Source of the DNA: an uncultured Gammaproteobacteria bacterium
GTDB taxonomy: Bacteria; Patescibacteriota; Patescibacteriia; UBA11705; JABHMO01
Assembly (NCBI GenBank): GCA_964486065.1
Contig: CAZAKN010000001.1
Span: 16,657 to 80,656, forward strand
DNA length: 64,000 nt
Reading direction: 5' to 3'
A program made the position numbers and the translations under genes. How positions within the stretch are numbered: the first letter of the stretch is position 1; every line of letters starts with the position of its first letter. Positions 1 through 10,203 of the stretch are shown here, piece after piece. The notes under the pieces were generated by a model that saw nothing but the letters and a program-made list of their open reading frames with translations, was not told where the DNA came from and ran no database searches.

Positions 1-9
1 GAATTACGC

Positions 10-990
10 TTGGGAAATGTTTTATTCGGAGTACTGGGATGTTTGTTGCCGGTCGCGATCTTACTTTATTTCAATGATTTAACCTATGGTAAATATTTCA
101 CTTTGGGTTATTTGGATAATAAAGCCGGCAATGTTTTGGACGGTTTGCCGACCGAATTTGAAACTTCGGGTAATCCGGTTTGGTTATATCTAAAATTGAT
201 TTTCGCGCCGTTCGGATTACATCTCAAGGCTATTTTAAAAACGGTTTACTATTACGGGGTGGAAATGTTTTATCCGTATTTCATTTTGGCTATGGCGGGT
301 TTTGTCGTTTGGTTGTTGGATTATCGTCGCGGTAAAACCAATCAGGCGCAAAAATATTTCACGGTTTTCGCTTTGGTTATGTTTGTTTGGACCATGATGT
401 ATTATGGCAGTTGGGTTTTGTCGGATAAGTTGGTATTAAAAAACAATACCATAGGCAGTTCTTATACCAGATATTTTTTGCCAATGTATATAATGTTTTT
501 ACCGTATATCGCGTATTTGTTGAAAAAGCTCCGCAGTTTGCCTGTCAATAAAAATTATATTGTGGCCTTTGTTCTGCTAATTGTAATCGGTTTAACCGGG
601 TTTTCCTTTTATACGGTTTTTTACACGGAAGGTGATGGTTTATTGGCGCAAAACAATGTTTTAAATCAATATTATGAACAACGAGCTATCGTATTTGGTA
701 TGACCGAGGATAACGCTTTGATCGTTAATAATCGCGCGGATAAAATTTTTTGGCCGAGACGCAGTGTGATGATGTTTAATTTGGATTATTCAATTTTCCC
801 GACGCTCGCGCAAGCTCCGGATGATTTACCGATTTATTATTACAGTTTGATGCCTGATAAAGATATTGACTATATAAATGAAAAAAAGATAAATGAGTTA
901 AACTTGCGTATTGAAAATCCGCGTCAAGTTGACGAACAATTCAGATTGTTTGAAATAAATAAAATATATGAAGAAAAAAATCTTGATTAA
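10..990 (+). CDS. Polytopic membrane protein, possibly GT-C/PMT-like glycosyltransferase (5'-truncated by window edge)
   Basis: Many hydrophobic segments, RYFLP motif, C-terminal soluble domain; frame open from window start; glycan-cluster context. Confidence 0.5.
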   Translation: MGNVLFGVLGCLLPVAILLYFNDLTYGKYFTLGYLDNKAGNVLDGLPTEFETSGNPVWLYLKLIFAPFGLHLKAILKTVYYYGVEMFYPYFILAMAGFVVWLLDYRRGKTNQAQKYFTVFALVMFVWTMMYYGSWVLSDKLVLKNNTIGSSYTRYFLPMYIMFLPYIAYLLKKLRSLPVNKNYIVAFVLLIVIGLTGFSFYTVFYTEGDGLLAQNNVLNQYYEQRAIVFGMTEDNALIVNNRADKIFWPRRSVMMFNLDYSIFPTLAQAPDDLPIYYYSLMPDKDIDYINEKKINELNLRIENPRQVDEQFRLFEINKIYEEKNLD

Positions 991-2389
991 ATGGGGGATT
1001 GGAATTATTTTGGTCGCGATATTTTGTTTGCCGATCATTTATGGTGGTTATAAATATTTCAGTTTGGACGGGTACGAATATCATGTGTATGATTTTGATA
1101 ATCGGACGGCGTTTGTTTCGCGACTTTTTCCGACCAATCGTTTGGGCGAGATTGCTGAATCAAGCGGTGAACATTATCAAGAAATAACAGTTGATCCAGT
1201 TTATTTTAGGGTAAAAATGCCGGTCAGTTATGAAACCGCGGATATTACTTTGAAATTTCATCCGGGGGAGTTGAGTATTATTGATGTGGGAGTGGCCAAA
1301 GATCCTGAAGCCAAGGGTGTGGCTCTGTATCCGATTTACAATAAATTGATTTCGGAAATGATCAATGATCCGGAATGGGCGTATTTAATTGAAGACGATA
1401 ATATCCTGTTGCAAAGAGGACGCTTGGATTATGATGATATTCAAGATTTTAATAACAGCCCTTCATCACCGGACAGAACTGCTCTGTTGAACTATGAGAT
1501 TAAAAAGTACTATCAGATACCGGGTTATAAAAGACAATATGATAAAAAACAATATCAGACCGTTTTGCGCGGTAAGCATACGATTCTGGCTTACGCGGGT
1601 ATAATGGAAAATCTGTATTTTAATTTCCGAATTGACGATTTTCATCCGCAAGACAAGATTGAAGTTCGTGATTTCGCGGGTGACTTGGTTTATGAAGAAT
1701 ATATCGCGAATAATGACGGTGAAGTCAGCGTGCAAAATATGATGCCCGGTTACTATCATGTCTTTTTAAACTTTGACGATGATACTTTAATCAAACAAAT
1801 CAATACCACCAATCATAAATGGGTTTTTGATCGGGAAATCCGCTTGGCGGAAACGCAAATGGAGGAACCGAAAATTTTTTCTCGCGCCAATCGGTTGTAT
1901 TTTCAAGCATTGGACGAAGGAGGAGTGCAAATGATTGAAATCAATGCTGATGAGCTTAACATTGAAGCACGCAATAAACAATATATTTACGACGCGGACA
2001 GATTTGAAGATTTATCCGTGGCATTGCGATCCGGCGGTTTGATAATCAACTCCACGGGATTGATAGCGCTGGACGAAGAATCATATTTTAATCCCAAGTA
2101 TCGCAATTTGCGAGCATTTAAAGATTATCAAGCAATTGATGTTGATTATGTTTTGGCGAATTATCGCGAACCATACCAAACCGCCGATGGTTGGTTGGAA
2201 AAGAAAGTCAGAATTGATTTGGCCGGAGCGTATTATGATGAAGATAATAAAGTTAAATTCGTAATTTCCGCTCCCGATTCAACGACAGCGGAAGATAAAC
2301 TCAAGGTTTCTCGTATAGAAGTGGAATTGCATCGTCAGCCGGTAACCTTGTCCGATTTGTGGCGCAAGCTCAAGGAGCGTATCAAATAA
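968..2389 (+). CDS. Membrane-anchored extracytoplasmic hypothetical protein
   Basis: 473-aa ORF with N-terminal TM helix; overlaps upstream stop. Confidence 0.7.
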   Translation: MKKKILIKWGIGIILVAIFCLPIIYGGYKYFSLDGYEYHVYDFDNRTAFVSRLFPTNRLGEIAESSGEHYQEITVDPVYFRVKMPVSYETADITLKFHPGELSIIDVGVAKDPEAKGVALYPIYNKLISEMINDPEWAYLIEDDNILLQRGRLDYDDIQDFNNSPSSPDRTALLNYEIKKYYQIPGYKRQYDKKQYQTVLRGKHTILAYAGIMENLYFNFRIDDFHPQDKIEVRDFAGDLVYEEYIANNDGEVSVQNMMPGYYHVFLNFDDDTLIKQINTTNHKWVFDREIRLAETQMEEPKIFSRANRLYFQALDEGGVQMIEINADELNIEARNKQYIYDADRFEDLSVALRSGGLIINSTGLIALDEESYFNPKYRNLRAFKDYQAIDVDYVLANYREPYQTADGWLEKKVRIDLAGAYYDEDNKVKFVISAPDSTTAEDKLKVSRIEVELHRQPVTLSDLWRKLKERIK

Positions 2390-2467
2390 CAAGGAAAGTA
2401 AGATTGAAAAATTTAAACTTAATACCAAATAATTTAAATTATCATATCCAATATTCAATTTAAACTT

Positions 2468-2656
2468 ATGAAAAAACACTTAATAACATTTTTGTATGAA
2501 TTATTCGCCGTGTCTTTTGTTTTTTTCTTTATTTATTTGGCAATAGATTTGGCTTTTCCGGGATTGCTTTCTGATTTGTTTAATCTTTTCATGGTGCCGG
2601 TTGTAAGCGTGATCAGTTTGATCGGATACTTTGCTTTGAAAGCGAGACAAACTTGA
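2468..2656 (+). CDS. Small 2-TM membrane protein
   Basis: 62 aa, two hydrophobic helices, typical TTATG start context. Confidence 0.6.
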   Translation: MKKHLITFLYELFAVSFVFFFIYLAIDLAFPGLLSDLFNLFMVPVVSVISLIGYFALKARQT

Positions 2657-2701
2657 TAAATGGAATTACAATTAATAATTAAATAATAATAAAAAACAAA
2701 T

Positions 2702-3706
2702 ATGCCAAACAGAAAAAACTATGTTGTGTTGGGTGGTGCCGGTTTTCTCGGTTCCAATTTGTGTGAAAGATTGATTCGCGATTATAATGTCGTGTGTATT
2801 GATGATTTCACCACCAGTAGTGAGAAAAACATCAATCATTTACTTAAGCTACCGAATTTTGAATTGATAAAACATAATATCAATGAGCCGATAGACTTGG
2901 AACAGATCAATGAACTCGGTCAATTTCAAATTCCGGTTTTCGGAATAGAAGGAGTTTTTAATTTGGCGATTCCTTCGTCGGTTAAAAATTTTGATAAACT
3001 AACCGAGCATATAATAAAAACCAACACTTTAGGCTTGATAAACGGGCTGGAATTGGCGACCAAGTACAAAGCCAAATTCATGCATTTTTCTTCATCCGTG
3101 ATTTACGGCGATGTGCCGAAGGATGAATTTATCAAAGAGGATTATCGCGGTTTGTCCGACCATTTAAACGAAACCGCTTGTTATGACGAAGGTAAAAGAT
3201 ACGCAGAAACAATTGTGGAGAGTTATCGTAAATTTAAAAATTTGGACACGAAGATTGTCAGGATTTTCCGAAGCTACGGACCGCGCATGCTTTTGGACGA
3301 TGGTCAGATGATTCCGGATTTTATTTTGGCTACTTTGGAAAACAAGGATTTGGTGATTTACGGTGATGAAACTTTCACCACTTCGCTATGTTATGTTTCC
3401 GATATCGTGGAAGGTTGCATCAAGGTAATGAATTCTCCGCTCAGTGATCCTGTGAATATAGGTAGTACTAATGTTTACCGAATTTCCGATGTGGCCGCCA
3501 AAATTATAGAATTGGTCGGCTCGGATTCCAAAATTGTTTACGAAAAACCGAAACAATTCATGCGTCAATTGGCTTTGCCGGATATTACCAAAATTAAGGA
3601 AGAAATCGGTTGGTTTCCGATCGTTACATTGGAAGATGGAATCCGCAAAACCGTTGATTTTACCAGAGCACATAAGGATTTATTAACTTTCAGCGCAGAT
3701 ATTTGA
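2702..3706 (+). CDS. NAD-dependent epimerase/dehydratase (UDP-glucuronate decarboxylase-like SDR)
   Basis: GGAGFLGS Rossmann motif, YDEGKR (YxxxK), RIFRSYGPRM. Confidence 0.85.
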   Translation: MPNRKNYVVLGGAGFLGSNLCERLIRDYNVVCIDDFTTSSEKNINHLLKLPNFELIKHNINEPIDLEQINELGQFQIPVFGIEGVFNLAIPSSVKNFDKLTEHIIKTNTLGLINGLELATKYKAKFMHFSSSVIYGDVPKDEFIKEDYRGLSDHLNETACYDEGKRYAETIVESYRKFKNLDTKIVRIFRSYGPRMLLDDGQMIPDFILATLENKDLVIYGDETFTTSLCYVSDIVEGCIKVMNSPLSDPVNIGSTNVYRISDVAAKIIELVGSDSKIVYEKPKQFMRQLALPDITKIKEEIGWFPIVTLEDGIRKTVDFTRAHKDLLTFSADI

Positions 3707-3707
3707 T

Positions 3708-4370
3708 ATGAATTTTTGCTTGGTCATCCCGGCCTATAATGAAGAACAAAGATTGAAAACGGTTTTACAAAAATTGGCGGATTTGAATTTGTCTGTAGTA
3801 GTGGTGGATGACGGTTCAAGTGATAATACTTACCAAATGGCCGCGGCTTGGCCGGTGAATTTATTGAGACATCATACTAATCGCGGTCAGGGAGCGGCTT
3901 TACGCACGGGGACGGAATTCGCTTTTCAGGAAGGCTATGAAGCGGTGGTTCATTTTGACGCTGATGGTCAACATCGGCCGGAAGACGCTTTGCGTTTGAT
4001 TGAAGTTTTAAGCCAAGGACACGACGCGGTTATCGGTTCACGCTTTATGGGAATTGAATCGGCCATGCCGGCTAAAAAGAAAATTATTTATTTTTTCGCC
4101 AAAATTTTTTCTCGTCATCTATTGAAATTAAATTTTACTGATCCGCAGAACGGCTTGCGCGCCATAAATTTACGAGCGTGGGATAAATTGAATTGGCGCA
4201 AAGATAATTTTGAACATTGCAGTGAAATCTTGTCTTTGATTATTAAGCATGATTTAAAGTATCAGGAAGTGCCGATTAAAATAGAATATTCTGAAGATAA
4301 TCAGAGTAAAAATACTCGTCCCGGAGTCAGCATGGCTTGGAAATTATTATTAAGTCGCATGTTTGATTGA
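3708..4370 (+). CDS. Glycosyltransferase family 2 (DPM1-like polyprenol-phosphate GT)
   Basis: VIPAYNEE, VDDGSSD, FDADGQH, DPQNGLRA. Confidence 0.85.
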   Translation: MNFCLVIPAYNEEQRLKTVLQKLADLNLSVVVVDDGSSDNTYQMAAAWPVNLLRHHTNRGQGAALRTGTEFAFQEGYEAVVHFDADGQHRPEDALRLIEVLSQGHDAVIGSRFMGIESAMPAKKKIIYFFAKIFSRHLLKLNFTDPQNGLRAINLRAWDKLNWRKDNFEHCSEILSLIIKHDLKYQEVPIKIEYSEDNQSKNTRPGVSMAWKLLLSRMFD

Positions 4371-4371
4371 T

Positions 4372-4728
4372 ATGTCAATATTCCAAATAATAGTTTTAAT
4401 TTTAATGGCCGGAGCGATTTATAAAGCGGCTAAAAGATTGAGTAAAAGAGAAATCTCTGTTTGGCTTTTTTTGCTCTGGCTGGGAGTCTGGTCCGTCGCC
4501 GCGGTAGTTGTTATTTTTCCCGAGCTTTTGAGTTGGGTCGCCTTTAAACTTGGAGTCGGTAGGGGAGTGGATTTGGTTCTGTATTTATCTTTGTTTATTA
4601 TTGTTTACACTTTATTCAAAATGAATATCAGGTTGGGAAAAATTGAAAAAGACATAACTCGCGTTGTTAGTCGTCACGCCATTGAAAACGCGCGTCAGAC
4701 TGATGAAGTGATGAAAAAGGAGTCTTAG
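4372..4728 (+). CDS. DUF2304-like membrane protein
   Basis: LGVGRGVDLVLY and IEKDITRVV motifs; usual partner downstream of DPM-like GT2; start moved to ATG 4372. Confidence 0.75.
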   Translation: MSIFQIIVLILMAGAIYKAAKRLSKREISVWLFLLWLGVWSVAAVVVIFPELLSWVAFKLGVGRGVDLVLYLSLFIIVYTLFKMNIRLGKIEKDITRVVSRHAIENARQTDEVMKKES

Positions 4729-4731
4729 TTT

Positions 4732-5802
4732 ATGAAAAAAGCCGGAGTGATTTTGGTTAATTATAAAGATTATGCGAAAAGATTTTTAACGGAGTGCCGA
4801 GATTCTTTGCGAGCGCAAAAATTGAATAGCGTGGAAATGCGCGTGATTATAGTGAATAACGCGGCCACTCCCGAAACCGCTAATTATTTACAAACCGAAT
4901 TTCCCGAAGCCGTGATCATTTCGCGCTCTGACGGAAATTACGCCGCCGCCAATAACGCGGGGATCACCAAAGCCGTGGAATTGGATTGTGACTATTTTGT
5001 TATCGCCAATATGGATACGCGTTTTGATGAGAACTGGCTGAGTAACTTAGTGAAAGTCGCGGATTCGGATGACAAAATCGGTATTGTTCAATCAAAAATA
5101 TATTTATATCCGAAAAATGATGTTGAGTGGAAATGCCCGAAAATCAATTCATTGGGAAATTTGTTTCATTATTTGGGATTTGGTTTTACTCAAGGTTATA
5201 ATGAAATTGATTTCTCGGAGCTAAATGCGCGTGAGATTGAAGGCTATGCCAGTGGATGTTCTTTACTGATGAAAAAAAGCGTTTGGCAAAAAATCGGTGA
5301 TTACAACGAAGAGTTTTATATGTATCATGATGATTTGGAACTTGGTTGGCGAGCGAAGTTGGCCGGTTATAAAATATATCTGGCGCCAGATTCGGTGGTT
5401 TATCATAAATATGAGTTTCAGCGCAGTGCGCGCATGATTTATTTTCAAGAGAGAAATCGTCATTTGTCAATATTTACATTTTATCGTATCCCGACTATAC
5501 TTTTAATAATGCCCATGCTCTTGATTCTACAAGTTGCCATGATGATTTATGCCATTCTGGGCGGTTGGATTACGAAGAAGTTGAAAGCGGATTTATACTT
5601 TTTAAAACCCGGTTCTTGGCGAAAAATATGGAAATTCAGAAAGCAAGTAAAAAAAATCCGCGTATTATCGGACAGGGAAACGGTTGAAAACTTTCAAGGA
5701 AAAGTTCTATTTCAAGAAATCAATAATCCGGTTTTGGAAAAAATCGGTAATCCGTTGATGGAACTGTATTGGAAAATAGTAAAAAAAATAATTTTTTGGT
5801 AA
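4732..5802 (+). CDS. Glycosyltransferase family 2
   Basis: ILVNY, GNYAAANNAG, NMDT, YASGCSLL, FYMYHDDLEL. Confidence 0.85.
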   Translation: MKKAGVILVNYKDYAKRFLTECRDSLRAQKLNSVEMRVIIVNNAATPETANYLQTEFPEAVIISRSDGNYAAANNAGITKAVELDCDYFVIANMDTRFDENWLSNLVKVADSDDKIGIVQSKIYLYPKNDVEWKCPKINSLGNLFHYLGFGFTQGYNEIDFSELNAREIEGYASGCSLLMKKSVWQKIGDYNEEFYMYHDDLELGWRAKLAGYKIYLAPDSVVYHKYEFQRSARMIYFQERNRHLSIFTFYRIPTILLIMPMLLILQVAMMIYAILGGWITKKLKADLYFLKPGSWRKIWKFRKQVKKIRVLSDRETVENFQGKVLFQEINNPVLEKIGNPLMELYWKIVKKIIFW

Positions 5803-5808
5803 AGCCGT

Positions 5809-6354
5809 ATGTATAAAAAGTTGATTTGGGTTTTCGTGTTCGTGGTTTTGGCCACGGTCGCTTTGTATTTTCGCGTGGTTTATCCCGATTCGCAACATCA
5901 ATTGGAAGCGGCTTTCCGCCCGGTTAAAGCCATTCCCGTAGAAAATTATTATAAAATTCAGGAAAACAATTGCGGTTTATGGTATGACTCTTACAATGAT
6001 GATTTTGTAAAATCCGGCAAAGAAAATGAAAATGTCATGGCTTGCTTTCGTCGCGCTTTGCGCACCTGTCAACCATACAGTATTTTAATCATAAAAGATA
6101 AAACGCAAAGTGAAGAAAAGAAAATAGTGTATTCGTTAATCAGGGTTTTGCAAGAAAACCATTTGGGAGAATGTTTGATTCAGAATTATTACGAAGAACA
6201 TCAAGTGGGAATGTTGAGCGGTGAAGATGGTGATGTTTCTTATGTCAACACCTGTAAAGAATTGGACGATATGCCCGAACAAAGTTGCCGACCTTCATAT
6301 TTAAAAGAAAAAACTGGATATTACATTAAAAGTCAAAAACAAGATGGAGAATAA
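5809..6354 (+). CDS. Membrane-anchored Cys-rich extracytoplasmic protein
   Basis: N-terminal TM helix and six Cys in the exported part. Confidence 0.6.
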   Translation: MYKKLIWVFVFVVLATVALYFRVVYPDSQHQLEAAFRPVKAIPVENYYKIQENNCGLWYDSYNDDFVKSGKENENVMACFRRALRTCQPYSILIIKDKTQSEEKKIVYSLIRVLQENHLGECLIQNYYEEHQVGMLSGEDGDVSYVNTCKELDDMPEQSCRPSYLKEKTGYYIKSQKQDGE

Positions 6355-7519
6355 TCAACAAAAAAAATTAAAAATAGCGCAAGTTGTTTGCACGGTTCCG
6401 CCATATGGCGGAGGTATCGGCATGGTGGCGCATTCTTACGCAGATCAGATGGCGGAGAGGGGACATGAAGTAACTTTGTTTACCGGCGCCAAAAAGACAG
6501 CCAAAATGGATTATAAATATTCTTACGAGGTCAAGCATTTGTGGACGCTTTTTCGCGTGGGACACGCCGCGGTTTTACCACAGCTAGTTTGGAGATTGCG
6601 TAAATATGATATTGTCCATTTGCATTATCCTTATTTCGGTGCGGGAATTTGGACAGCTTTAGCGAAAATCTTTTACAGTAGAAAACAACGCTTGGTGGTC
6701 AGCTATCACATGGATATTGTCGCCGGCGGTTTATTGGGAATAATCAATGGTTTTTATAAAAATTTCGTGGCCGGATTTGTTTTGAAAAAAGCTGATCAGG
6801 TTATCGGAGCTTCGGAAAGTTATTTGGAAAATTCCGATATTCAGCAATATTATTTGCAAAATTCTCACAAATTCAGTATTCTGCCTTTCGGTGTGCCGAA
6901 AAAATTCTTTCCGTCATTCAAAGATGAAAAATTAATGGAAAAATACGGAATTAAAAAAGAAGACAAAGTGGTGCTTTTCGTGGGAGGATTGGATTCGGCT
7001 CATTATTTTAAAGGCGTACATTTTTTAATCAAAGCTGTTTCCATGTTGAAGGATGATAATGTTAAGTTACTTATCGTGGGACAAGGAAATTTAAAACCGC
7101 AATACGAAAAACAAGCGGAAAATTTAAATATTCGTGATAAAGTTATTTTTACGGATTACATTGAAACTAAAGATTTGCCCGCGCATTACAATTTGGCTGA
7201 TGTTTTCGTTTTGCCTTCAATCAATAAATCCGAAGCTTTCGGCATTGTTTTATTGGAAGCCATGGCTTGTGGCAAAACGATCGTGGCTTCAAATTTAAAT
7301 GGCGTGAAGTCGGTGGTCAGTAGAGGAACCAATGGATTGTTGATTGAACCGAAAAACAGTTTTGATATTTCTCAAAAAATTAAATGTTTGTTTGATGATG
7401 ATGAAATGCGCGAAAGATATAGTCGCAACGCTGTTAAAACCGTGGAAGAAAAGTATCGTTGGTCGGTGATTTGCGATAAATTGGAAAAAATATATTTTAA
7501 ATTGGTGACGAAAAAATGA
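6344..7519 (+). CDS. Glycosyltransferase family 4 (GT-B)
   Basis: GGGIG, KGV, EAFGIVLLEAMACG (E-x7-E). Confidence 0.9.
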   Translation: MENNQQKKLKIAQVVCTVPPYGGGIGMVAHSYADQMAERGHEVTLFTGAKKTAKMDYKYSYEVKHLWTLFRVGHAAVLPQLVWRLRKYDIVHLHYPYFGAGIWTALAKIFYSRKQRLVVSYHMDIVAGGLLGIINGFYKNFVAGFVLKKADQVIGASESYLENSDIQQYYLQNSHKFSILPFGVPKKFFPSFKDEKLMEKYGIKKEDKVVLFVGGLDSAHYFKGVHFLIKAVSMLKDDNVKLLIVGQGNLKPQYEKQAENLNIRDKVIFTDYIETKDLPAHYNLADVFVLPSINKSEAFGIVLLEAMACGKTIVASNLNGVKSVVSRGTNGLLIEPKNSFDISQKIKCLFDDDEMRERYSRNAVKTVEEKYRWSVICDKLEKIYFKLVTKK

Positions 7520-8685
7520 AAATTTGCATAATTAGTAATCTTTATCCGCCACATGATCGCGGTGGAGCGGAATTGATCGTCGCTTGGACGGCGGAAAAGC
7601 TTTTCGCTTTGGGACATGAAGTTTCGGTGATTTACACCAAGCCCTCGGGAGGATTGGAACAAGACGAATATAATCATGTTAAAACATACAGATTCAAGCC
7701 ATTGAATTTTTTTTATTATACGAATTTGGCCAAACATTCCGCTCCGTACAGAATATTGTGGCATGTGGCGGATATGTTCAATTTGCATTCGGCGATAAAA
7801 GTCCGCCAAGTTTTAAAGCAAGAAAAACCCGACTTGGTTATCACTCACAATTTGAAAGGATTGGGTTTTATTATCCCGATGATTATTCGCGGTTTGAAAA
7901 TAAAACATTATCATGTTTTGCATGATGTTCAGCTGGCGGTTCCGTCCGGATTGATTATTAAAGGCAAAGAAAAAAGCTTTATGACCGTCGGCGCGCCGAT
8001 CAAGCTATATGCCACATTAAGTAAATTATTGTTCGGCTCACCGGAAAAAATTATTTCTCCGTCCCGATGGCTTTTGGATTATTACGCGAAGAAAAGATTT
8101 TTTCCGCGCTCTGAAAAAACGGTTTTGCGTAATCCTTTGAAAAACTTGAAATTAAAAGTTGAGCGCAAAACCAAAAAGCAAAATCATTATTTATTTGTCG
8201 GACAAATTGAAAAACACAAAGGCGTGGAATGGTTGATTGACTGGTGGCGCAAAAACGAGATTAAAGATGAACTCTTGATCGTGGGACGGGGGAGTGAACA
8301 GTTACGTCTCCAAAGCAAAGCCGCCGGCACGGCCATTAAATTCCTTGGGGTAAAATTCGGTCGGCAAATCGGTGAAGTGTTCGCGAGGGTTGATTTTTTG
8401 ATTATGCCGTCGCTTTGTTATGAAAATTCACCGACGGTAATCCCTCTGGCAATGCAACACGGAGTGCCGGTGCTGAGCGCGAAAATCGGAGGTGCCGGAG
8501 AAAGTGTGGCGGTCGGGAAAACAGGCTATTTGTTTGAAGCAGGTGATTATGTGAGTTTTGGAAAGGCGTTTTCAGCCTCAAAATCGCTTTCTGACGAGAA
8601 CTTTGCGGTAATGGGCGATAATTGCCTTAAACAAGCTGAAAATTACCAAATTGAGCCATATTTGCGCGAATTGTTGAGTTCTTGA
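7516..8685 (+). CDS. Glycosyltransferase family 4 (GT-B)
   Basis: YPPHDRGGAE, GQIEKHKG, PSLCYENSP. Confidence 0.85.
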   Translation: MKICIISNLYPPHDRGGAELIVAWTAEKLFALGHEVSVIYTKPSGGLEQDEYNHVKTYRFKPLNFFYYTNLAKHSAPYRILWHVADMFNLHSAIKVRQVLKQEKPDLVITHNLKGLGFIIPMIIRGLKIKHYHVLHDVQLAVPSGLIIKGKEKSFMTVGAPIKLYATLSKLLFGSPEKIISPSRWLLDYYAKKRFFPRSEKTVLRNPLKNLKLKVERKTKKQNHYLFVGQIEKHKGVEWLIDWWRKNEIKDELLIVGRGSEQLRLQSKAAGTAIKFLGVKFGRQIGEVFARVDFLIMPSLCYENSPTVIPLAMQHGVPVLSAKIGGAGESVAVGKTGYLFEAGDYVSFGKAFSASKSLSDENFAVMGDNCLKQAENYQIEPYLRELLSS

Positions 8686-8734
8686 TGGTCACGCTTTTCC
8701 ATGCTATAATGGTCGGGAATTTACAAATTATCTT

Positions 8735-8808
8735 GGGAGCTTAGTTAAGTGGTATAACATCGGTCTCCAAAACCGAGGTCGGGGGTTCGATTCCCTCAGC
8801 TCCTGCCA
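8735..8808 (+). tRNA. trnW: tRNA-Trp (CCA)
   Basis: Acceptor GGGAGCT/AGCTCCT, anticodon arm TCGGT-CT CCA AA-ACCGA, T-loop GGTTCGATTCC, discriminator G and encoded CCA; extended -10 TGCTATAAT at 8702-8710. Confidence 0.95.
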
Positions 8809-9028
8809 GTAACAATTGAATTTGAATATAGAATCGGGGCGCGTGGCTCCGGTTTTGTTTTAAAAAAAATATGTTTTTTCCAAATTTAAATGATTGTTTT
8901 TTGCGCGAAAATCGTGTAAAATAAATTTAATGCGGAACATGAATAGAGACATTAATTTCGGATATTAAAATTCAATCAGGAACAATAAGCATGGTGCTAT
9001 TCACGCTTCGCAATTAACGATTTACAAT

Positions 9029-9793
9029 ATGCTGACTTTACTTTCATGGAATGTCAACGGTCTTCGCGCCGTTCATAAAAAAGGCTTTCAAGCTTTTGTA
9101 AAAAAATACAAACCGGATATTTTATGTTTGCAGGAAACCAAAGCTCATTTGGAGCAATTACCCGAGGAGTTGGTCAAGATTGACGCCTATCATTCATTTT
9201 TTTCCGAAGCCGAAAAAAAAGGTTACAGTGGGACGGCTCTTTATTCGCGCCTTCAACCGCGAAGCGTGGATTACGGTATCGGCAAGAAAAAATTTGATTC
9301 CGAAGGCCGATATTTAATCGCGGAATATGATGATTTTTTACTTTTTAATATTTATTTTCCGAACGGCAAGATGCCTGGCCGACTTGAATACAAAATGGAT
9401 TTTTATAATCAATTTTTAAAATATATAAAAAAACCGCTGGCGCGGGGCAGAAAAATTATCGTTTGCGGAGATGTGAATACCGCTCACCGAGAAATTGACT
9501 TGGCTCGCCCCAAAGCTAATCAAGATATTTCCGGATTTTTGCCACAAGAAAGAAAATGGATTGATAAATTTATTGAAGCCGGTTTTATTGACACCTTCCG
9601 TGAATTTAATGATAAACCGGAAAACTACACTTGGTGGGATTATAAAAGCCGGGCTCGCGAACGCAATGTGGGTTGGCGCATTGATTATTTTTTTGTCAGT
9701 AAAAACATGAAAGAAGATTTGCGTGACGCGTTTATTTTGCCTGAAGTGCAAGGATCCGACCATTGCCCGGTTGGGATTAAAATAAAACTTTAA
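9029..9793 (+). CDS. xth: Exodeoxyribonuclease III / AP endonuclease
   Basis: SWNVNGLRA, LQETK, YFPNG, GDVNTAH, GWRIDY, GSDHCP. Confidence 0.95.
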   Translation: MLTLLSWNVNGLRAVHKKGFQAFVKKYKPDILCLQETKAHLEQLPEELVKIDAYHSFFSEAEKKGYSGTALYSRLQPRSVDYGIGKKKFDSEGRYLIAEYDDFLLFNIYFPNGKMPGRLEYKMDFYNQFLKYIKKPLARGRKIIVCGDVNTAHREIDLARPKANQDISGFLPQERKWIDKFIEAGFIDTFREFNDKPENYTWWDYKSRARERNVGWRIDYFFVSKNMKEDLRDAFILPEVQGSDHCPVGIKIKL

Positions 9794-9808
9794 AATAAAA
9801 AATCATCT

Positions 9809-10036
9809 ATGCGTAAGAAAAACGCCAAACATGAATTTCATGCTCGCAGTTGGGTCAAGGCCATAACATTCAGAACTTTGGCTTCTTTGACCACTTGGGC
9901 TTTGGCTTATTGGTTTACCGGCAATATGACCGTGGCCGTGGCGATCGGAGGATATGATATTGCCATAAAAATTCTTTTGTATTATTTTCATGAAAGAGCG
10001 TGGCATTTGATAGATTGGGGCAAAATAAAAAGTTAA
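9809..10036 (+). CDS. DUF2061-like small membrane protein
   Basis: RSWVKAITFR ... YYFHERAW..I.WG signature. Confidence 0.75.
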   Translation: MRKKNAKHEFHARSWVKAITFRTLASLTTWALAYWFTGNMTVAVAIGGYDIAIKILLYYFHERAWHLIDWGKIKS

Positions 10037-10046
10037 TTCAATTTAT

Positions 10047-10202
10047 ATGAAAACTTGCATTTTTTGCGGTAAAAAAATTGAAGACGAATCACAGATCATC
10101 AATGAGTATGATGTTTGTTTTTGTTCCAAGCGTTGTTTGGAAAGATATCAGGATAAATTGAATGAATTAAAAGAAGTGGTGGATTTGGATGACTGTTGTT
10201 AA
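10047..10202 (+). CDS. 51-aa Cys-rich TRASH/YHS-like metal-binding protein (not in ORF track)
   Basis: Translated by hand: MKTCIFCGKKIEDESQIINEYDVCFCSKRCLERYQDKLNELKEVVDLDDCC; TATATG start; stop 1 nt before next ATG. Confidence 0.7.
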   Translation: MKTCIFCGKKIEDESQIINEYDVCFCSKRCLERYQDKLNELKEVVDLDDCC

Positions 10203-10203
10203 T

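Noticed and set aside
8735-8808. Alternative genetic code or tRNA anomaly
   Set aside because: Anticodon is CCA and TGA terminates many genes; the G1-U72 wobble is a minor variant. The NYN interruption is TAA, not TGA
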